From Tubiluchus corallicola (taxonomy: Eukaryota > Animalia > Priapulida): a stretch of DNA of 22,273 bases. The first letter of the stretch is position 1; every line of letters starts with the position of its first letter. This document shows, piece after piece, positions 19,512 through 22,273 of the stretch. The notes under the pieces are model-generated. The model saw nothing but the letters and a program-made list of their open reading frames with translations, did not search any database and was not told where the DNA came from. The stretch covers positions 1-22,273 of the forward strand of contig JAQGDQ010000456.1 in the NCBI GenBank assembly GCA_030141605.1. Reading direction: 5' to 3'. Both the position numbers and the translations under genes were made by a program.

Positions 19512-22273
19512 CTGACCTTCCGAGTGTGCGTCATAATGTGACACTGACTCACCTTCCCAGTGTTCACCATAATGTGACACTGACTCACCTTCCCAGTGTT
19601 CACCATAATGTGACACTGACTCATCTTCCCAGTGTTCACCATAATGTGACACTGACTCACCTTCCCAGTGTTCATCATAATGCAACACTGACTCATCTTC
19701 CCAGTGTTCATCATAATGTGACACTGACTCATCTTCCCAGTGTTCATCATAATGTGACACTGACTCATCTTCCCAGTGTTCATCATAATGTGACACTGAC
19801 TCATCTTCCCAGTGTGCACCATAATGTGACACTGACTCACCTTCCCAGTGTTCATCATAGTGCAACACTGATTCATTTTCCCAGTGTTCATCATAATGTG
19901 ACACTGACTTATCTTCCCAGTGTTCATCATAATGTGACACTGACTCATCTTCCCAGTGTGCACCATAATGTGACACTGACTCACCTTCCCAGTGTGCACC
20001 ATAATGTGACACTGACTCACCTTCCCAGTGTGCACCATAATGTGACACTGACTCACCTTCCTGGTGTGCACCATAATGTGACACTGACTTATCTTCCCAG
20101 TGTTCATCATAATGTGACACTGACTTATCTTCCTAGTGTGCACCATAATGTGACACTGACTTATCTTCCCAGTGTTCATCATAATGTGACACTGACTTAT
20201 CTTCCCAGTGTGCACCATAATGTGACACTGACTCACCTTCCCAGTGTTCACCATAATGTGACACTGACTCATCTTCCCAGTGTGCACCATAATGTGACAT
20301 TGACTCACCTTCCTGGTGTGCACCATAATGTGACATTGACTCACCTTCCCAGTGTTCATCATAATGTGACAATGACTCATCTTCCTAGTGTGCACCATAA
20401 TGTGACACTGACTTATCTTCCCAGTGTTCACCATAATGTGACACTGACTCATCTTCCCAGTGTGCACCATAATGCGACACTGACTCACCTTCCCAGTGTT
20501 CACCATAATGTGACAATGACTCATCTTCCCAGTGTTCACCATAATGCGACACTGACTCATCTTCCCAGTGTTCACCATAATGTGACACTGACTCATCTTC
20601 CCAGTGAGCACCATAATGCAACACTGACTCACCTTCCCAGTGTTCACCATAATGCGACACTGACTCACCTTCCCAGTGTTCACCATAATGTGACACTGAC
20701 TCACCTTCCCGGCATCACCATAATGTGACACTGACTCACCTTCCCAGTATTCATCGTAATGCGACACTGACTCATCTTCCCAGTGTTCACCATAATGTGA
20801 CACTGACTCACCTTCCCAGTGTTCACCATAATGCGACATTGACTCACCTTCCTAGTTTTCACCATAATGTGACACTGACTCATCTTCCCAGTGTTCACCA
20901 TAATGCAACACTGACTCACCTTCCCAGTGTTCATCATAATGTGACACTGACTCACCTTCCCAGTGTTCATCATAATGTGACACTGACTCACCTTCCCACT
21001 GTGCATCATAATGTGACACTGACTCACCTTCCCAGTAGGCACCATAATGTGACACTGACGCACCTTCCCAGCAGGGACCATAATGTGACACTGACTCACC
21101 TTCCCAGCAGGCACCATAATATGACACTGACTCACCTTCCCGGCAGGCACCATAATGTGACACTGACTCACCTTCCCGGCATCACCATAATGTGACACTG
21201 ACTCACCTTCCCGGCAGGCACCATAATGCGACACTGACTCCCCTTACCGGCATCACCATAATGTGACACTGACTCACCTTCCCAGCAGGCACCATAATGT
21301 GACACTGACTCACCTTCCCAGTGAGCACCATAATGTGACACTGACTCACCTTCCCGGCATCACCATAATGTGACACTGACTCACCTTCCCGGCATCACCA
21401 TAATGTGACACTGACTCACCTTCCCAGCAGGCACCATAATGTGACACTGACTCACCTTCCCAGCAGGCACCATAATGTGACACTGACTCACCTTCCCGGC
21501 AGGCACCATAATGTGACACTGACTCACCTTCCCGGCATCACCATAATGTGACACTGACTCACCTTCCCAGTAAGCACCATAATGTGACACTGACTCACCA
21601 TAACGTGACACTGACTCACCTTCCCGGCAGGCACCATAATGTGACACCGACTCACCTTCCCGGCAGGCACCATAATGTGACACTGACTCACCTTCCCAGC
21701 AGGCACCATAATGTGACACTGACTCACCTTCCCAGCAGGCACGATAATGTAACACTGACTCACCTTCCCGGCAGGCACCATAATGTGACACTGACTCATC
21801 TTCCCAGTGTTCACCATAATGTGACACTGACTCATCTTCCCAGTGTTCACCATAATGTGACACTGACTCATCTTCCCAGTGTTCACCATAATGTGACACT
21901 GACTCATCTTCCCAGTGTTCACCATAATGCAACACTGATTCATTTTCCCAGTGTTCATCATAATGTGACACTGACTCATCTTCCCAGTGTGCATCATAAT
22001 GCAACACTGACTCACCTTCCCAGTGTTCATCATAATGTGACACTGACTCACCTTCCCAGTGTTCACCATAATGCGACATTGACTCACCTTCCTAGTGTTC
22101 ACCATAATGTGACACTGACTCACCTTCCTAGTGTTCACCATAATGTGACACTGACTCATCTTCCCAGTGTTCACCATAATGCAACACTGACTCACCTTAC
22201 CAGTGTTCATCATAATGTGACACTGACTCACCTTCCCACTGTGCATCATAATGTGACACTGACTCACCTTCCC
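19512..22273. repeat. 36-bp minisatellite (cataatgtgacactgactcaccttcccagtgttcac), about 76 copies, running off the window end
   Basis: Directly visible; interspersed 35-bp variants (cccggcatcac) shift frames; variant blocks gtgttcac vs gcaggcac. Confidence 0.97.

Noticed and set aside
19472-22267. Long ORFs (HHNVTLTHLPSV)n, (SHYGEHWEGESV)n and (SQCHIMVNTGKV)n as repeat proteins
   Set aside because: Several frames on both strands are open, 35-bp units cause frameshifts, and there is no unique N- or C-terminal domain or signal peptide.

Overview
AT-rich metazoan (probably invertebrate) genomic DNA carrying most of a glycogenin (GYG, GT8 family) gene. Six exons lie on the + strand (2403-16045) with consistent splice phases. 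The preceding catalytic exon (TKL and DAD motifs, 612-789) is intact but lies on the - strand, in the 433-bp loop of a 424-bp inverted repeat (1-424 / 858-1281, 5 mismatches, no indels). Flipping that loop restores a normal gene, so this is an invertible or trans-spliced exon, a fold-back duplication, or an assembly chimera. The predicted protein is about twice the length of human GYG1 and has two glycogen-synthase-binding motifs 362 aa apart. Introns and flank contain tandem repeats (17, 39, 68, 29 and 36 bp units) and TE remnants (Kolobok-like, SINE, L2 with a nested hAT MITE, PIF/Harbinger, hAT transposase relic). Two G/T-only stretches in the 39-bp array are neighbouring units with every A and C removed, which points to raw long-read artefacts and argues for caution about the inversion. 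The first coding exon(s) and promoter are not in the window.
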